From: an uncultured SAR86 cluster bacterium
GTDB lineage: Bacteria; Pseudomonadota; Gammaproteobacteria; Magnimaribacterales; AG-339-G14
Assembly: GCA_902624765.1 (NCBI GenBank)
Contig: CACNYO010000002.1
Location: 10,875 to 74,874 of the forward strand
Direction of reading: 5' to 3'
Length of the DNA: 64,000 nucleotides
The position numbers and the translations under genes are program-made. The notes below the pieces were generated by a model that saw nothing but the letters and a program-made list of their open reading frames with translations, did no database searches and had not been told where the DNA came from. Position 1 is the first letter of the stretch. Each line of letters opens with the position of its first letter. Below are positions 61,165 through 64,000 of this stretch, in pieces.

Positions 61165-62331
61165 TTAGATTAAAAAGTAAAAAAACATATAAATTACAAA
61201 AGCCAGAAGAACTAGATTAAATATTAATTGAAAGTTGTTTATTGAACTTACTCCACTACTGTAAATATTTATGGGTGACTCTTTATTAAGAAAATAACTC
61301 AGGAAAATACCGGCCAAAAAAAATACGAAGTGAAAAGCAGCAAAAGAAATAGATGGATTGTACTCAGAAGATAGCGTCCAGTTTTGCATACCTAAATAAA
61401 TACCAAAATAAAGCAAAAAGAATAACGATCCAGTAATTAACGATACTGTGAAGCCAATTCTATGATTTGAAATTCCAAAATTTAGAGCAACGAAGGCACT
61501 CACAATAATTAATACAAAAATTGATAGCCTTTTAAAAAGTTCTGATTGTTCTCGATTATTCTCTAAATTTGAGATGAGGCTAGTCAATGAAAGATGACTC
61601 AGATCGGTCGATGAGTTTTTAATTTTTCTGGGAAAAGTAAATTCTAGTTGCGAGAAGTTCATCAAAAAGTCTCCCTCCATCTCAAGGCCAACTATTTTCC
61701 CGTTCTTAAAAGTTAATCTGTTGGTAGATTTGTCAGTGGGTATAGAAGAAACTTGATCTGCCGTTAAAATGATCTCCATATCTTCATGTTCAATTGATGC
61801 AAATATTTCACTGAATCCAAAATCAAAGTCATTAGATTCTTTGGCAAAAAAGGTAGTATTCACATCCTCAAAATAGGTAGGCTTCCCTGCCCCCATCATT
61901 TTGAATCTATCAGAGAAAGTTTGATTGCTTGTTAGCTTGTACAAAGAGTCAAGAGAATAAGGAGAGACTATCAGAGATATAAATAGTGCAAAAAAAGACA
62001 TTAACAGTATTGGTATTGCAAGGATTTTAAGAAAGTTACCGCTCTTTAACCCCATCTGCCTCATGAAATTTATTTCATTGCTTGTGTTCATTCTTGCAAT
62101 GCAAATTAAAGTTGAAAGGAAGATGCTCAAAGGGAGAATAATCTCAATGACGCTTGGAATGTTAAAAAATATATAACCCAAGGCAATTTGTGGATACATA
62201 TCTCCTCTGGCTGCGATCTCAAGGAAATCAATGCTTCTTAGAAAGAAAAAGGCTAAAAATAGTACTGAGAATATAACTAAAAAAGTCTGTAAGAAGCTTC
62301 TGATAATATACTTAGATATAATGCTGAACAT
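61165..62331 (-). CDS. lptF: LPS export permease LptF
   Basis: IISKYI, AARG, ILPLSIFLS, NEINFM; divergent from pepA as usual. Confidence 0.85.
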   Translation of the reverse strand: MFSIISKYIIRSFLQTFLVIFSVLFLAFFFLRSIDFLEIAARGDMYPQIALGYIFFNIPSVIEIILPLSIFLSTLICIARMNTSNEINFMRQMGLKSGNFLKILAIPILLMSFFALFISLIVSPYSLDSLYKLTSNQTFSDRFKMMGAGKPTYFEDVNTTFFAKESNDFDFGFSEIFASIEHEDMEIILTADQVSSIPTDKSTNRLTFKNGKIVGLEMEGDFLMNFSQLEFTFPRKIKNSSTDLSHLSLTSLISNLENNREQSELFKRLSIFVLIIVSAFVALNFGISNHRIGFTVSLITGSLFFLLYFGIYLGMQNWTLSSEYNPSISFAAFHFVFFLAGIFLSYFLNKESPINIYSSGVSSINNFQLIFNLVLLAFVIYMFFYFLI

Positions 62332-62389
62332 TTCAATTTGTCTATGGTGATATTATCCCACAGAAATTTGACTTACTAAGGAGTAATAA

Positions 62390-63895
62390 ATGACATCAAA
62401 TTTAAAAATAAACCTATCTATAACTTCTCCAAATGAGATGCTTTCTGATAAAAACGAAACTCTTATTATTGGTATTCAAGAAAACGGCAACTCTCAATCC
62501 AGTAAAAATATATTCAATAAGGCTTCTAAGGGCCTAATGAACACTTTGTTAAAAAGAAAAGAATTCTCAGGAAAAGTTAATACTTCTTGTTATATCCCTG
62601 CCCTAGCGGATCAAAAAGATAAAAAGTTTTTCTTATTAGGTTTAGGTAATACGTCAGATAAATTCAAAGATGATGATGCATCGAAGTTGATAACTAAAAT
62701 TTGCACCTTAGCAAAAACTGCAAATACAAAAAAAGTTTCTTTGTTTCTTCCAGAAATTAAATTTGAAAAAAGAGATTTTTCTTGGTTCTTGCAAAACCTT
62801 TCAATGCAATTGGAATCATCGACTTATAAATATATTTTTGATGGAAAAAAAGAACAAAAAAATAATATTCTTGCATCCGTAAATTTACTTATTAACTCCA
62901 AAAAAGATATTGCCGATTTAAGAAAATCAATATCTATTGGGACTAACATAGGTGTTGGGATAAACAGAATGAAGGAGCTTGGCAATACTCCTGCAAATAT
63001 TTGCACGCCCACTTACCTTGGAAATACTGCTAAAGAGCTTGGAAGAAAATATAAAAATCTATCTGTGAAAGTTCTAGGTGAAAAAGAAATGGAAAAGCTT
63101 GGAATGCATTGTCTTTTGTCTGTTGGAAATGGGAGTGTACAAGAATCTAAGTTCATTATTATCGAATACAAAGGTGGTAAAAAAACGGAACAACCGGAAG
63201 TTATTGTTGGAAAAGGCATAACTTTTGATACTGGCGGAATAAGTTTAAAGCCAAGCCCAGCAATGGATGAAATGAAGTATGACATGAGTGGGGCTGCGAG
63301 CGTTCTAGGAACCATGGAGGCTATTGCTTTGATAAAACCAAAGTCTAATATCATTGGAGTGGTCGCTTCTGCAGAAAATATGCCTGGCAGCAAGGCAACC
63401 AAACCTGGAGATGTTGTTAAAACAATGTCTGGGCAAACTGTGGAGATACTTAATACAGATGCAGAAGGACGATTAGTTCTCTGCGATGCATTGACCTATG
63501 TAGAAAGGTTTAAACCTAAAAATGTCATAGATATAGCTACATTAACTGGAGCAGTGATAGTTGCTTTAGGTCATGTTGCTTCAGGTTTAATGAGTAATAA
63601 TCAGAAATTAGCCGACAAAATAATAGACGCTGGTCATGCTTCAATGGACAAAGCATGGCAATTGCCTCTATGGGATGAATATCAAGGAGATTTGGATAGT
63701 AATTTTGCTGATATAGCCAACATTGGTGGGCGAGCAGGAACAATTACTGCTGCGTGTTTCCTTTCAAGGTTTACAAAAAAATATCCTTGGGCACATCTTG
63801 ATGTAGCTGGAACAGCTCATGGGTCAGGAAAAGCCAAAGGTTCCAGAGGAAGACCTGTTCCACTCTTAACTAATTACCTATTGTCTCAATCGTAA
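62390..63895 (+). CDS. pepA: Cytosol leucyl aminopeptidase
   Basis: VGKGITFDTGGISLK, MKYDMSG, NTDAEGRL, DIATLTGA, WAHLDVAG. Confidence 0.98.
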   Translation: MTSNLKINLSITSPNEMLSDKNETLIIGIQENGNSQSSKNIFNKASKGLMNTLLKRKEFSGKVNTSCYIPALADQKDKKFFLLGLGNTSDKFKDDDASKLITKICTLAKTANTKKVSLFLPEIKFEKRDFSWFLQNLSMQLESSTYKYIFDGKKEQKNNILASVNLLINSKKDIADLRKSISIGTNIGVGINRMKELGNTPANICTPTYLGNTAKELGRKYKNLSVKVLGEKEMEKLGMHCLLSVGNGSVQESKFIIIEYKGGKKTEQPEVIVGKGITFDTGGISLKPSPAMDEMKYDMSGAASVLGTMEAIALIKPKSNIIGVVASAENMPGSKATKPGDVVKTMSGQTVEILNTDAEGRLVLCDALTYVERFKPKNVIDIATLTGAVIVALGHVASGLMSNNQKLADKIIDAGHASMDKAWQLPLWDEYQGDLDSNFADIANIGGRAGTITAACFLSRFTKKYPWAHLDVAGTAHGSGKAKGSRGRPVPLLTNYLLSQS

Positions 63896-63898
63896 TTA

Positions 63899-64000
63899 AT
63901 GGAATTTTATAAGGCTGGAACTTCCTTAGACGAGGGAGAAAAGTTTTGCTGCCAATTTACAAAAGATCTCTATTGGAAAAATATTGAATCTGACGAAAAA
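63899..64000 (+). CDS. holC: Probable DNA polymerase III chi subunit, 5' part (runs off window end)
   Basis: Open frame MEFYKAGTSLDEGEKFCCQFTKDLYWK...; the FY...FxC pattern and pepA-holC synteny fit. Confidence 0.55.
   Translation, partial: MEFYKAGTSLDEGEKFCCQFTKDLYWKNIESDEK

Overview
An AT-rich, very gene-dense stretch of a streamlined gammaproteobacterial chromosome. Gene order is Pseudomonas-like with many genes dropped; a SAR86-like marine lineage is plausible but is an inference. The window is almost all core housekeeping: a rearranged dcw cluster (mraZ-rsmH-ftsL-ftsQ-ftsA-ftsZ-ftsI-murE), rnpB, rsmI and an lpoA-like gene, rplM-rpsI-petABC-sspA, a DegS-like protease, mlaC-murA-hisG-hisD, kdsD-lptC/A-lptB, mreBCD, gatCAB, prfA-prmC-moeB, lolB-ispE-tRNA-Gln-prs-rplY-pth-ychF-tRNA-Met, a long carA-to-pnp run, map-dapC-dapD, a POT transporter, lptFG, pepA and the start of holC. 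I see no mobile elements, CRISPR arrays, prophage or rRNA. The observations most worth checking are: (1) a signal-peptide-less, human-OGA-like GH84 hydrolase translationally coupled inside the prfA-prmC-moeB operon; (2) several shortened envelope proteins (an apparent LptC-LptA fusion, FtsQ missing most of its POTRA domain, LpoA missing its N-terminal domain, DegS missing PDZ); (3) a compact attenuator-like leader before carA with a 15-codon peptide; (4) an unannotated 53-aa two-helix membrane protein after dapD; (5) a +1 frameshift in a G7 run of a DmdB-like acyl-CoA ligase. All family calls come from motif recognition and synteny by eye; no searches were run.
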